Shown in pieces: positions 28,913 to 51,718 of a stretch of DNA of 64,000 nt; position 1 is the stretch's first letter, and every line of letters begins with the position of its first letter. The translations under genes and the position numbers were made by a program. The notes beneath the pieces were generated by a model that was given only the letters and a program-made list of their open reading frames with translations, was not told the DNA's origin and did not search any database. Origin of the DNA: the human T2T-CHM13v2.0 reference genome, Homo sapiens; assembly GCF_009914755.1 (NCBI RefSeq), contig NC_060935.1; one strand, given 5' to 3'.

Positions 28913-29916
28913 TGAGCCCCCATGCCAGGCCAAATTTCCAGTTTTAAGAACTATGTTTAGGGTTTATCCATAATACTTTCCAATCCACATATATTTTGGG
29001 TTAAACTTTCTTTTATGATTTGAGTATTTTCTTCTGTGTATTTTTTTCCTCCCGTCCCTCTTTCCCTCCCTCCTTCTCCTCCACCTCCTCCTCTTCTTTT
29101 AACGTGTTGGAGCTACAGTGCAAACCAGAAAACATTGATTTATTTATGTCCTCAGCCTAATAGGGATCTCCAGCTGTATGTTTATTTCCCAGAGAAGACT
29201 CTCATGACCAAACCATTCACTGTGGCCATCTGAAGAATCTGTAAAATATAGCTAAGATGGTCAATGCTATAATGAAGAGAGATTATTTATGCAAGGCCTC
29301 AATTTATCCTCAAACCAAACTTATGAGCACAATGATACTGATCTCCAACCAGGGCTATTTCTGGGCTTGTCATTTTTGATAAATAAGGAGAAAGATCTGC
29401 TAGTATGATCAAATCCAAGCTTAAAAGCTTAAAATTCAATCCATAAATATTTAATTTAAGTAGCTCAATTTATGCATCCTTCTGACAGTACAATTAAGGA
29501 GGTCTGAAAAATTCGTGTAAAAACCTACAATGGTGGCTAAGAAGCTGAGCTATGATGGGTTTCACAGGCTTACCAGTGTGCTCCCTGACAAAATGTAAAA
29601 AGGACCGTGTTTTATATTTAGTATCAAAGACTTTACTAAATTATTTGAGCTTGGGAGTCCTCACACGGTGTTTCTTTTTAAAAATGTTAATTTTGTAGGG
29701 GCAAGGTTTCATTCTGTCACCCAGGCTGGAGTTCAACAGTGTGATCATAGCTTACTGTAGCCTCGAAGTCCTGGGGCTCAAGAGAGCCTCCCACCTCAGC
29801 CTCCTGAGTAGCTGAGACTACAGTTGTGTGCCACCATGACTGGCTAATTTTAAAATTATTTTTGTGGAGATGGGGTCTTTCTATGTTGCCTAGGCTGGTC
29901 TCAAACTCCCAAGTGA

Positions 29917-30165
<249 letters not shown>

Positions 30166-30449
30166 TAGAGAGGAGGTTTTGCAATGTTGGAGGCTGGTCT
30201 CAAATTCCTGACCTCCAGTTATCTGCCTGCCCTGGCCTCCCAAAGTGCAGGGATTATAGGCATGAGCCATCACACCTGGCCCAGCATTTTTAATACTAGT
30301 GGGATCTCTTCAAATTGGAATAATTATAAATTAGAAAACATCACTCTGGTAGGAAATCCATATAAAGAAAAATACATTCCTTCTACTTTTACAACACTTC
30401 TGACATCAACTATGTGAGTTTCCTACACCAAGTCATTCTCCAACTCTCT

Positions 30450-31334
30450 TGTAAACCAAAAATAAAATTCTAAGCCTCCTATCCAACTGAATAGATCCCC
30501 TCTTGGCCAAGAGGACCCCAGAGAAACCTGAAAAATGGAATTCCCAGCCATGACGGGAAGGGAGGTCAGATACACTTCATGACACCTTCTCCCTTTTGGA
30601 GTTTAGGCCCAGTTGACCAGCATGAACATTAAAATAAAGATTATAAGACTGAGTAAACAAACTATGGCAGTGAGATGCCAAATTCCAGGCTGACTGGCAT
30701 AGCATGACATGACAGATGGCAAACCATGAAGGAAATAAAAATATTTTAGTCCAAAATAGATGTCTTTGAATATTTTGGAATGGCCCTACAAAGCTGTCTT
30801 TTGGGGTGGGGGTGGGATTTGCATCTGCAGAGAATTTTCATCAATGCAGCCAGGCCTTCCCTTTCTAGGCTTTTTCTGGACCTAGGAAAGGCTAAACTAG
30901 GGTCTTGACACCTTTAAGATCTGAAAAGAGACATTCACCATCTATTCTATCTGAGGGCTGCTACCTAGGAGGCTTCATCTACATAACAAGAATCTTGGCC
31001 TCCACAACCCACCTTATCTTATTGCAAGCATTTCTTTCTACTGAGACAAAGCTTAGCTCTTTCAACCAATTGCCAATCAGAAAATCTTTGAACCTACCAA
31101 TGACCTATAATAGAGGCCCCACTTCAAGACATCCCACCTCTTTAGTCTGTATACACTGATTTATGATTTTACCTAAAATTCCTGTCTCCCTAAAATTTAT
31201 AAAACCAAACCATAACCCAACAACCTTGGGCACATTCTCAGGACTTTTTGAGACTGTTCCCCAAGCCATGGTCACTCGTATTGGCTCAGAATAAACCTCT
31301 TTTAATATTTTAGTGTTTGGTTTTTCTGTTAACA
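30450..31334 (+). mobile_element. Solo ERV1 LTR (MER4-like) with 4-bp TSD, inserted in an older MER21-like LTR
   Basis: TG...CA termini (TGTAAACC...GTTAACA). CTCT TSD at 30446-30449 and 31335-31338. AATAAA near 31290. Confidence 0.8.
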
Positions 31335-31926
31335 CTCTGCATACAACAACTGGGTCTCCCACAATTTAATTCAATTTGACACTACCCAGAGTTAGGGGAG
31401 ACCCCACAGGTTAGGAGCTTACTTCCCACAAGACTGTTCCCCCTTCAGATGATGACACAAGTAGTGGGTCCCCAGGTGACCCACAGTTCCGTCTGACATG
31501 GCTATAAATCAAGGGTTCCCCTAAGCCCCCTTCATGTTCAATAATTTGCTATAACAGCTCAGACAACTCAGGGAAACACTTTACTTATGTTTACCTGTTT
31601 ATTATAAAGGATACAAATGAACGGTGAGATGAAGAGGTACACAGGGCAGAGGTCTCTGGAAGGGTCCCAAATGCAGGAGTGTTTGTCCCTGTGGAGTTTG
31701 GAGTGTGTCAACCTCCTGGTTCGTGGATGCATTCACCAACCTGGAAGCTCTTTGAACCCCATCTCCATCATTTAGGGTTTTTATGGCAGCTTCATTACAT
31801 AGGCATGATTAAGGAAAACACTGATCGTGAGTGATTCACTACATCTCCAGCCCCTCTCCCTCCCCTGAAAGTCATGGGGTGGAACTGAAAGCTTTAACCC
31901 TTTAATCACGTCTTGATCTTCCTAGT

Positions 31927-32622
<696 letters not shown>

Positions 32623-32686
32623 CTACTCACATGTGGCAAATGCAGACAAGGGCACTCTGTGCTATTGGGATGCTGAGGTGGGGGTG

Positions 32687-33224
32687 TGATAGGAGTTTGG
32701 CAGGACTTGTTTCCCAAGACATAGGTCACAAGGACCCCCCTGATAAAACAGGATGTGGTAAAGGAGCCAGCCAAAACCCCCCAAAACCAAGATGGTGATG
32801 AAAGCGACCCTTGGTCCTCTCACCGCTCATTATACACTAATCATAATCCATGATTTGTCCATGGTGAAGGAAACTCCCACCAGAAACACGACAGCTTACA
32901 TACGCCATGGCAACATCCGGAAGTTACCCTATATGGTCTAAAAAGGGGAGGAACTCTCATTTCTGGGAATTCTCTGACCTTTTCCTGGAAAATTCATGAA
33001 TAAGCCACCCTTGTTTAGCATGTGAGCAAGAAACAAACATAAAAATAGCAACCTGCAACTCTCACGGCTGCTCTTCCGATGGCATAGCCACTCTTACTCC
33101 TTTACTTTTAAAATAAACTTGCTTTCACTTTACTCTGTTAACTCTTGAATTCCTTCCTGTGCAAAGCCAAGAACTCACGTCGCCTCCTGGGCTGAACTCC
33201 AATGTGGGGGTTCACCCTGTGACA
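32687..33224 (+). mobile_element. Solo ERV1 LTR inserted into an old Alu monomer-like element
   Basis: TG...CA ends, GGTG TSD at 32683-32686 and 33225-33228, AATAAA at ~33112. Alu-like sequence on both sides. Confidence 0.7.
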
Positions 33225-33780
33225 GGTGGATGGGCTGGAGTCCAGGAGTTCGGGTCCAGCCTAAGCAACATAGTGAGACCCCCCATCTCTATTTTTTTCT
33301 CAGACAGTATAAGAGACAGATGAAGCAAAGTGCATAAATGGCTGTGAGGAGCATGTGGTTTGTCAAAGCTGGAACTTTATTTACAAACAAGTTCCAGCAT
33401 TATCTGAGTGGGTGCTGCTAACAATTATAGCGTGTTCTTTCAAACTGCAGACTGGGATTAGACGGTTTGCCAAAAAGCCACTGAGTACATGAAAGCGAGA
33501 ATTCTGAATTCTCCATTTATCTTCAGATTTATCACTCCCTCCCTCTGTGCCCTTCTCTGCATCTGCTGTATGTGAGTATGGAGAGTCCACACAATTCAGT
33601 CTGTACCAGTGGTCTAGGTTTTCAACTACATCTCATTGGTCAAGCATGTTTGCATTCACAGAAGGAACCCTACCCCCATTTTTGTTTTCCTGTTTTATTT
33701 TTAGTACATTTTAGGCCTTAAGAATGTAGGGTTTTTTTGTTTGTTTTTTTTTCCTATGAGACGGGAGTCTTGCTCCATAA

Positions 33781-33936
<156 letters not shown>

Positions 33937-34396
33937 TAGTAGAGACGGGGTTTCACCATGTTGGCCAGACTTGTTTTGAACTCCTGACCTCAGGTGATCC
34001 GCCCACCTTGGCCTCTCAAAATGCTGGGATTACAGGCATGAACAACCATGCCTCACCAATAGTGTTTTATCATACAGAAATAGAAATTACAAATCTCTCA
34101 GGAAGTTCTTTGGAAGTGCAGCTTTAAAGACATACTTTTTGACCCCCACTGTTTTCTTTTGCCCAGCTTGGATATGTGTTCTGCCTTCATTGTCTCTTCA
34201 AGGAGGCATTCACAGGCAGCAGAGCTCTTTTGTGGAGGAACTTTTATAACATTGTCAGTTGCTTTAAGCAGACGTTCTCAAGGCTGATCTGTAGGCTGGA
34301 TCCAGTGGCTGACAAGGATTTTACTGATTTGTACAATACGAGAAAAATAAGAACAATGCAATGAGTTTTTCATAAAGGAATTTTTTTTTTTTTTGA

Positions 34397-34501
<105 letters not shown>

Positions 34502-35197
34502 TGAGTAGCTGGGATTATGGGTGCCCACCACCATGCCTAGCTAATTTTTGTATTTTTAGTATTGATAGGGTTTCACCATGTTGGCCAGGCTGGTCTCTAA
34601 TTCCTGACGTCAGGTGATCCGCCCGCCTCGGCCTCCCAAAGTGCTGGGATTACAGGTGTGAACCACCGTGCCTGGCCTCATAAAGGAATTTATTTGTGTC
34701 ACTTTGACGTATTCTGAGATTGCATGCCCTCTTCTTTTTGAGTTTAAATGTCTTTTATAATAGTAGGATAATAAGAGATAGGTGTTAAAAAAAAACCCAT
34801 ACATATTTACTTAATAAAATTAACTCAATGCTTAAACGTATTTGCAAATTTTGCTACTCTGTGAAATCCAAAAGTCCAGAGAACTACCATTTTAATGAAT
34901 GCAACTTGAGATTTAATGTGATACAATGGATTTAATAAGATTTAATTAAATTCCATTCTGATGAGAAAGTTTTAGATAATCCAGCTCTCCATATTCAGAA
35001 AAGTCAACCTACCAGCCCAATTTAATGCTTAGATCCACCACAGGGAAGCAGAAATCAGTCTGGATAATGAAGACCAGAGAGCCAGACTCTTAGACCTAAA
35101 GGAACTTCAGAGATCACGTCTCATCATACAGCTGAGAAAATAGACTTGATGGTTTGTATTCCTGGTCCTGCCATTTACTTGCCATTGCCTTGAGCTA

Positions 35198-35659
<462 letters not shown>

Positions 35660-35817
35660 TTATTGCCCCAAATGGCCACGATTCATAAGGCTTTATTGTA
35701 GCTTGGTATGGAGGGGAAAACCAGATTCCTTATCCCACCCACCTGCCTCTTGCTTTCCTAATAAAGGTGTCATGGTATTTCAAGGCCTGCGGATCAGTGG
35801 ATCCAAATGCGAACAGT

Positions 35818-35836
35818 TACTGCCCCCTAGTGGATT
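35818..35836 (-). promoter_or_regulatory. Candidate CTCF site
   Basis: Minus strand TCCACTAGGGGGCAGTA closely matches the CTCF core consensus. Confidence 0.6.
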
Positions 35837-36270
35837 TACAGTATGGTGCTCATTTATAAATTCAGATTAAAGCTTGACTGCCCTGTTGCTGAAAGAATTC
35901 ATCTTTGGCGGTGGAGGGACCTTAAGAAGCCACCTTCATTTTTATGTTTTAACATGTTTTAATGCCCTCATTCTGCAGATGGGGACACTGGTCCTCTAAG
36001 TCACGTAGGTGCCCCAGGGCTTTTTGTTCCAAGTCCGGGGCCCACGCCACTGCACCACAGTTTCATTAGGCTGCACGAGCTCCAGCTATTTCTGGAGTTG
36101 CTGGGGAACTACCATGACCCGTCCTTCTGTGGCAGGGAAAGCAAGATACCACCTCATGTTTGGTTTGCCTCCCACTGCGACTTTTGCTGTGGAGGACACC
36201 TCTGACACAGCTACGTGACCTAGTAAGGCACACAGGGAGAATGCCGTGTGATCATGAAGGCAGATTTTCA

Positions 36271-36402
<132 letters not shown>

Positions 36403-38143
36403 CTAAAAATACAAACATTAGCTGGGTATGGTGGCGGCGCCTGTAATCCCAGCTACTTGGGAGGCTGAGGCAGGAGAATCATTTGAACCCAGGAGGTGGA
36501 GGTTGCAGTGAGCTGAAGATCGCGCCATTGCACTCCAGCCTGGGCGACAAGAGTGAAACTCCATCTCAAAAAAAAAAAAAAACGCAATAACAACAACAAA
36601 ACACCAGAAGCCACGACAGCTGCACCAAACAGATTCACCCTCATGGCTCTCAGAAGGGGCTGACCCAACCAACACCCTGATCTCAGACTTCTGACTTCCA
36701 CAATCGTGGGATTACACATTTCTGCGGTCTAAGCTGCTCCGTTTGTGACACTGTTACAGCAGCTCTAGCAAGTGAATACAGATTTTGCAGAGATTTATCC
36801 CTCAAACACTTTTCAGTGGTTACTTTGATTTTGCTGAACCAAATTAAGTTGACTTCCCCAAAGCAGCCAACGACTGGAAAACTTCAAATTGTAAGGATAT
36901 GTGAACTTCGAATCTCCAGTCCAGTGACTCATCCTGAGCAGGAATTCCTTATACAATGTCTTTGTCAGCCAGGGTAAAAAAGGGTGCTGTGCCCTTACAA
37001 AGAAAGTATGACAAAGAAACAGAGAAAGCTGGACTGCCCACAGCCAGACAAACTATTCTGTAATAGAAGTTAGGCTTAGAATGCAATGAAGAATTAACGT
37101 GCTCGACTACCTTCAATACTTGGAGCTACAGAGAGGTGCTTCTGATGAAGCTGGAAATGAGGAAAACGGAAAACACAGTTGTCACCTGGGAGCTCAACTC
37201 TGAGATCACTTATAAGGGATCAGAGCAGAGACACGCAAGGTCACCTGAGCAAAGCAAAAGGAAAGTCAGAGAAGCAAATGTTGGCATTTCCTATCCAAGC
37301 GCTATATAAGGGAGAATGAGTTTCAGTCACCAAACCTGAAGTATCTCCTGTTCTAAAGGACAGGTTCTCCTTTTAGGTGGAGATAGATGCAGGGAGTTAT
37401 GGCTGGAGGACTTCATGTATTTCTGATTCCATCGGCAAGACTCTCTCTGATATAAATGGAATGCACTAAGCTGTCATAGTTTGATGCCATTAACCATTCC
37501 TCGAATTGGCCTTCTTCCTTCATGATCACATGGCGTTCTCCCTGTGTGCCTTACTAGGTCCTTGGCTGTGTCTGAGGCGTCCTCCATAGTTTGATACCAT
37601 TAATAATTCCTCTAATTGGTAAATATTCCTCTAAACTATTAGCAACCCCATGCTAACTCCGTGAGTACTGACAACCTTCAGATTATCCGTGGCTTCCATT
37701 GTGCCTTAGAGAGAGAACACACTGGATTGCCCCCAGGTTAACTGGCTACTCATGACAATAATTCTTCATACTAAACCCTCAATAAAAGCCTCTGGCCAGG
37801 TGCAGTGGTTCACGCCTAAAATCCCAGCACTTTGGTGGGCCAAGGCAGGAGGATTACTTGAGGCCAGTAGTTTGAGACCAGCCTGGGCAACATGGTGAGA
37901 CCACATCTCTGCAAAAAAGTAAAATATTACCTGGGTGTGATAGCATGTGCCTGTAGTTCCAGCTACTTGGGAGGCTGAGGCAGAGGACAGCTTGAGCTCC
38001 AGAGGTTGAGGCTGCAGTGAGCTATGATAATGCCACTGCACTCCAGCCTGGGTGCCAGATTGAGATCCTCTCTCTGGAAAAAAAAAAGGGGCTGATTATC
38101 ATTTTCCTCATGTGCTCTGCTTATGAAAGAGACTGAACAATAA

Positions 38144-38440
<297 letters not shown>

Positions 38441-38996
38441 TAGCCAGGATGGTCTCGATCTCCTGACCTCGTGATCCACCCGCCTCAGCCTCCCAAAGTG
38501 CTGGGATTACAGGCGTGAGCCACCGCGCCCGGCAAAAGGCACTCTTTTATTAACCTTCCGTCTGCACATTTTTTAGTTGGTGTAAATGAGCCTCTCAGCC
38601 ATCACCATCATCACAGGGCAACAACTAACAAGAGGGAGCCTTTGAGACTTCAACACACAGGCCCTCAAATAAAACACAGCACGGGTGACTTCTGCTATCA
38701 TCTATGGTGGAGGAACCGGTACAGAATTAGCCTTCACACCATAAACTACAGAAAAACTAGACAAAAAATATGAGGCAACTCTTCCAGGCACTGGATCACA
38801 GGAAGAGAAAGAGTGTAATTCTGGAAAGAATGGGGTTTGAGACCAGCTTGGCCAACGTGGTGAAACCCTGCCTCTACTAAAAGTACAAAAATTAGTCCCG
38901 TGTGGTGGCGGGCACCTGCAATCCCAGCTGGGAGGCTGAGGCTGAGGCAGGGAGACTCCTTCTCAGAAAAATAAAAAAAAAGTCCTGTGGAGCTGA

Positions 38997-39586
<590 letters not shown>

Positions 39587-40019
39587 TAATTTTTGTATTT
39601 TTAGTGGGGACCGGGTTTCGCTAAGTTGGCCAGGTTGGTCTCCAACTCCTGATCTCAGGTGATCCACCCTCCTAGGCCTCCCAAAGTGCTGGGATTACAG
39701 GCGTGAGCCACTGCGCCCGGCCATAAGCATTATTTTAAAAGCAAACTAAACTATAATGCTTAGGGATGCTGCTTGGATGGTAATGCAATAATATGATTAC
39801 CATATTTTTAATTTAAGGAGGGCGGGTATCGGGAGGGCTCAGGAGGCCTCTGGGAGGCTATGGAGCTTTATTACTTGCCCTGGGAGGTGGTTTTTCAGGA
39901 ATGTTTTTGATAAAGTAATAAGCTGCTTAACTGTTTTGTGCACTTTTTAAAAGATGTGTTCTATATTTCGCAATACAAATGGATTTTTTTTTTATAAAAA
40001 GAAAACTTCATTCGGGATA

Positions 40020-40340
40020 AGCTGGGGGTGTCCGAGAGGAGCCTGGACCCACTCCCAGGCACATCACCATCTGCAGCCCGACCCCCTCCTCAGGCCGGGT
40101 GAGCGGCCTCGCGGGTCACCAGACTCCCAGAACGACGGCTGCAGGCCCCAGAGTCCACGAGGGTGGGTACAAATCCCCTGGGCACAAACAGCCCGGGATG
40201 GACACCATCCAGCTCTGCACCCCCTCTTCCCGCACTCCCCTGGCAAACTCAGTAGCCTCAGACCGTCTGCGCCTGCGCGGACGACTGGGCTGCGCATGCG
40301 CCCTCTGCCCCGCAGGAGCTGTAACAGTAGCTGAAGTTTA
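40020..40340. promoter_or_regulatory. Small GC/CpG-rich promoter- or enhancer-like element with two NRF1 motifs
   Basis: TGCGCCTGCGC at 40268-40278 and TGCGCATGCGC at 40291-40301, in non-repeat GC-rich sequence. Confidence 0.55.
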
Positions 40341-40350
40341 GAGAGGCTGA

Positions 40351-40590
<240 letters not shown>

Positions 40591-41074
40591 TGAGTATCTG
40601 GGATTACAGGCGCGCGCCACCACGCCCGGCTAATTTCTGTATTTTTAGTAGAGACGGGGTTTCACCATGTTGGCCAGGATGGTCTCAACCTCTTGACCTC
40701 GTGATCTGCCCACCTCGGCCTCCCAAAGTGCTGGGATTACAGGCATGAGCCACCATGCCCGTCCCCCTTTTTTTTCTTTAGACGTATTCTCCCACTGTCA
40801 CCCAGGATGGAGTGCCGTGGTGCAATCTCGGTTCACTGCAGCCTCCTCCTCCTGGGTTCAAGCGATTCTCCTGCCTCAGCCTCCTGACTAGCTGGAATTA
40901 CAGGTGCGCCACCACACCTGGCTAATTTTTGTATTTTTAGTAGAGACTTTCGCCATGTTGGTCGGGCTGGTCTCGAACTCCTAGCCTCAAGTGATTTGAC
41001 GGCCTTGGCCTCCCAGAGTGCTGGGATTACAGGCGTGAGCCACCGCACCCTGCCAGTTCTAGAAGTGTTCTAGC

Positions 41075-46061
<4,987 letters not shown>

Positions 46062-47074
46062 GTTTAAGATCTAAACTAGGAAAAGAAATGTGTCAGTGTC
46101 TTAGCCTCTTTTCTGTTGCTTATGACAGAATACCTGAAAGAGGGTAATTTATAAAGAAAAGGAATTTATTTCTTGACGTTATAGAGACTGAGAAGTCCAG
46201 GGTCAAGGACCTGCATCTGGTGAGGGCCTTCTTGCTGATGGGGACTATCTGCAGAGTCCCAAGGTGGCACCGGGTATCATACGGCAAGGGGGCTTAGCAC
46301 AATAGCTGAAGTCTCTGTTTCTCTTATAAAACCACCAATCCTACTCCCATGATAACCCATTAATCCATTAACCCATTGATCCATGCATACATGAATGGAT
46401 TAATCCATTCACAGGGGTAAAGCCCACTCATGACCCAGTCACCTCTTAAATACAGTCTGAGCTCAACTCCACTAACCAAAAGGTGGGAGTGCAATGCTGC
46501 TATATATTGTACATAGGGTTTTTTGTTTGTTTTTGTTTTTTTGAGATGGAGTCTCACTCTGTCACCCAGGCTGGAGTGCAGTGACATGATCTTGGCTCAC
46601 TGGAACCTCTGCCTCCTGGGTTCAAGTGATTTTCCTGCCTCAGCCCCCTGAGTAGCTGGGATCACAGGCACCTACCACCATGCCCAGCTAAATTTTGTAT
46701 TTTTAGTAGAGATGGGGTTTCACTATGTTGGCCAGGTTGGTCTTGAACTCCTGACCTCAAGTGATCCACCAGCCTCAGCCTCCCAAAGTGCTGGGATCAC
46801 AGGCAAGAGCCACTGTGCCCAGTTGGGTTTTTAAGTGCTGGAGAAAGCTAATAGAAAAGTTCTGGAGCATATGAGGAGGGAGGTTGATCAATGGGATGTG
46901 TGAATTGCATTGAGTTATTCCACACTTTGCAAAGGTTTTTCTCTGTGATTAGGCCATCTGTGTTTGTTAATCAGCACCCATTGAAGTGAGATAGGGGTCC
47001 TTCCAGACTCTGGGAGATAGGGGTGCTATCTTTCTTGATGGTTATATTTCAAAGAGATGGTACCCATGTTTTTT

Positions 47075-47612
47075 TAAAAAAATCTTAACTTTTAGGTTCA
47101 GTGGTACATGTGCAGGTTTGTTATATAAGTAAATCGCATGTCATAGGAGTTTGGTGTACAGATTATTTCATCACTCAGGTAATAAGCATAGTACCTGATA
47201 GGTAGTTTTTTGATTCTCTCCCTCCTCCCACACTCCAGTCTCAAGTGGGTCCTGGTATCTATTGTTCTCTTCTTTGTGTCCATGTGTTCTCAATGTTTAG
47301 TTCTCACTTATAAGTAAGAACATGCGGTATTTGGTTTTCTGCACCTGTGTTAGTTTTCTTAGGATAATGGTCTCCAGCTCCATCTATATTGCTACAAAGG
47401 GCAAGATTTTGTTCTTTTTTATGGCAGCATAGTATTCCATGGTGTACATGTACCACATTTTCTTTACCCAGTCTACTGTTGATGGGCATTTAGGTTGATT
47501 CCAGGTTTTTGCTATTGTGAATAGTGTTGTGATGAACATATGGGTGCATGCGTCTTTACAGTAGAATGATTTATATTCCTTTGGGTATATACCCAGCAAT
47601 GGCATTGCTGGG
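47075..47612 (-). mobile_element. L1 3' fragment
   Basis: Minus-strand translation PLLGIYPKEYKSFYCKDACTHMFITTLFTIAKTWNQPKCPS matches the L1 ORF2 C-terminus. Confidence 0.85.
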
Positions 47613-47927
47613 TTGACATCTCACACCAGGCACCCATGTTTTTGAGAAAGACATTCCTAGGTTGTAAAACAGACAAAAGGCTTTTAAAATTATTTACATA
47701 TTGAAGCAGCACAGAAAGAATCTACAGTTCTTTCTTTATAAAAGTTTTTTTTGTTCTTTTTTTAACCTGTGTCTAGTTCTGTCACCCAGGCTGGAGTGCA
47801 GTGGCGCAATCTCTGCTCACAGCAACCTTGGCTCACTGCAACCTCTGCCTCTTCAGCTCAAGTGGTTCTCCCACCTCGGCCTCATGAGTAGCTGGTACTA
47901 CAGACACATGCCACCATGCCTGGCTAA

Positions 47928-48056
<129 letters not shown>

Positions 48057-48456
48057 TGACCCATGACTATAATATTGATGGGACATTCTAAGTCCATAGG
48101 CTGTGCTGGGGACTCTCTAGCTTAAAGGTGGGGTGGCTCCGTGGCCCACATTCCAAGAGTCTGGTTACACATTACCTACGTATTCTTTCTGGTCCTGGAA
48201 GTCTGTATCCTTCAGCCAGGTGCCATAGACAGTTTAACCAAGCCCAGAGGGAGGCGGACACAACTATATCCTGGTCTTCTGGTCTTACTTGGGCTTATGT
48301 GCTTGCTCAGGGCTATTCTCGGCTCAGTGGTCAGACAAAAGCTTTGACTGTGGTGAACCTTTGTAGCTTTTACCCCAGAGGCCCTCAATGCAAGGGGAAT
48401 GTTGCATACAGTCCACTGGTCTGCAAATCAAGAAATACGTCCCCCAGTGGGGGTAG

Positions 48457-49355
<899 letters not shown>

Positions 49356-49840
49356 TAGTTGCTCTTCTCTCTCTTGAGAAAGACGGACCTTAATCCCCTT
49401 GGAAACTTGCTAAAGTGCACTGCACAGGGTAGAAAACTCTCCGAGGTAACAATCAAATAAACAATTTGAGATACTCATGTCAGAATTAATAAACAGAATG
49501 ATTAACGATTGGGTAACATATCCTTTTATGATTCAGCTGATTTCCAATTATTTACATTCTTCAAAGAATAACTCAGAAATGTTTAGTTAATTTGCTCACA
49601 AATTATTTACTCACATATGATGGAGTCAGTTGGTAAACTGAGTAAAATAACAAAGGCAAAAACAGAATTGATAAAGAGAGGGAAGAAAGGGAGAGGAAAA
49701 ATACTACAGACGACCTGAGAACAGGGTAAACTATCTGTTGGTAGCTGACCGTGGATGTACAAATCTCTTCGAGATTGAACTGCCTTATTTTACAGGTAAC
49801 AGCAACCTTGACTCACAGAGTAAAGTGACTTTGTCTAAAG

Positions 49841-50050
49841 CAGTTTCTCAACAGCAGCAATTCTGGTATCTGGGGCCGGGTAATTCCTTGCTGTGGGGAC
49901 TGTCTTATGCACTAGATGGCGTTCAGCAGCATCCCTGGCCTTTACCCACCAAATACCACTAACCCCTTCTCCCAAACCCAAATGAATTCACACACTGCCA
50001 AATGTGGGGGGCGGAGGTGGGATAAAACCTCCTCTGCATGAGAACCACTT
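49841..50050. mobile_element. MER20-like hAT MITE
   Basis: Ends CAGTTTCTCAAC... and ...GAGAACCACT. Internal GGGGCCGGGTAATTCCTTGCTGTGGGGACTGTC. Confidence 0.65.
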
Positions 50051-50123
50051 CTCTCAAGAAACGTCCAGTACCAGGGTAGGTGACCAAGGATTCTGTCGCC
50101 CAAGAGATGACAGAAGGCTCTAG

Positions 50124-51244
<1,121 letters not shown>

Positions 51245-51279
51245 CAGAAGACTGCCACCGTGCTTGGAGAAGAAAGAAA

Positions 51280-51570
51280 GCCGCGCGTGGCCTTCGCAGT
51301 GCTCGCCGGGACTCGTAGTTCCAGGTCTGCGGGCTCCTCCCAGGCGGGGATCTACTTCCTCTCTCGGCCGCGGCCGGAGCACCCGGAAGCTGAGGGGGCT
51401 TAAAGTCTTTCGCTTCCTTTCCCCGCCTCTTAGTCCCGCAGATTGCTAGTCGACATGGCCAATAGGAGGGCTGACTGGTACTTCCTGTTATTTGATTGGC
51501 TTAAAATTTTGCAACCGCCCGGACAAACTTGCCGAGGATTGGCTGAGCCTTCAGTTTTGAAAATCATAGT
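51280..51570 (+). promoter_or_regulatory. INCENP TATA-less CpG-island promoter with G2/M architecture (three NF-Y boxes plus CHR)
   Basis: CCAAT 51459-51463, ATTGG 51495-51499 and ATTGG 51538-51542. CHR TTTGAA at 51556-51561. ETS-like CCGGAAG at 51383-51389. ZNF143/THAP11-like ACTACGAGTCCCGGCGAGCAC on the minus strand at ~51299-51319. High CpG density from ~51260 to 52230. Confidence 0.8.
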
Positions 51571-51718
51571 TTTCGCCCGCGCTGCGCCGCCTGGTTGCTC
51601 CTCCCGTGCGGTGAGTCCCGAAGGCCCGGAGCCAAGTGGGTCTGGGCAAGCGGGGCCTTACCTAGGGATACCACCGGACTTGGATCGGAGCAGCCTTCAG
51701 GGGACGTGGCGCAGTCGA
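51566..51718 (+). other. INCENP: INCENP non-coding exon 1 (5' UTR); candidate donors GTGAGT at 51611 and 51719
   Basis: GC-rich, ATG-free segment directly after the CCAAT/CHR promoter, with two consensus GTGAGT donors. Start is approximate. Confidence 0.7.
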
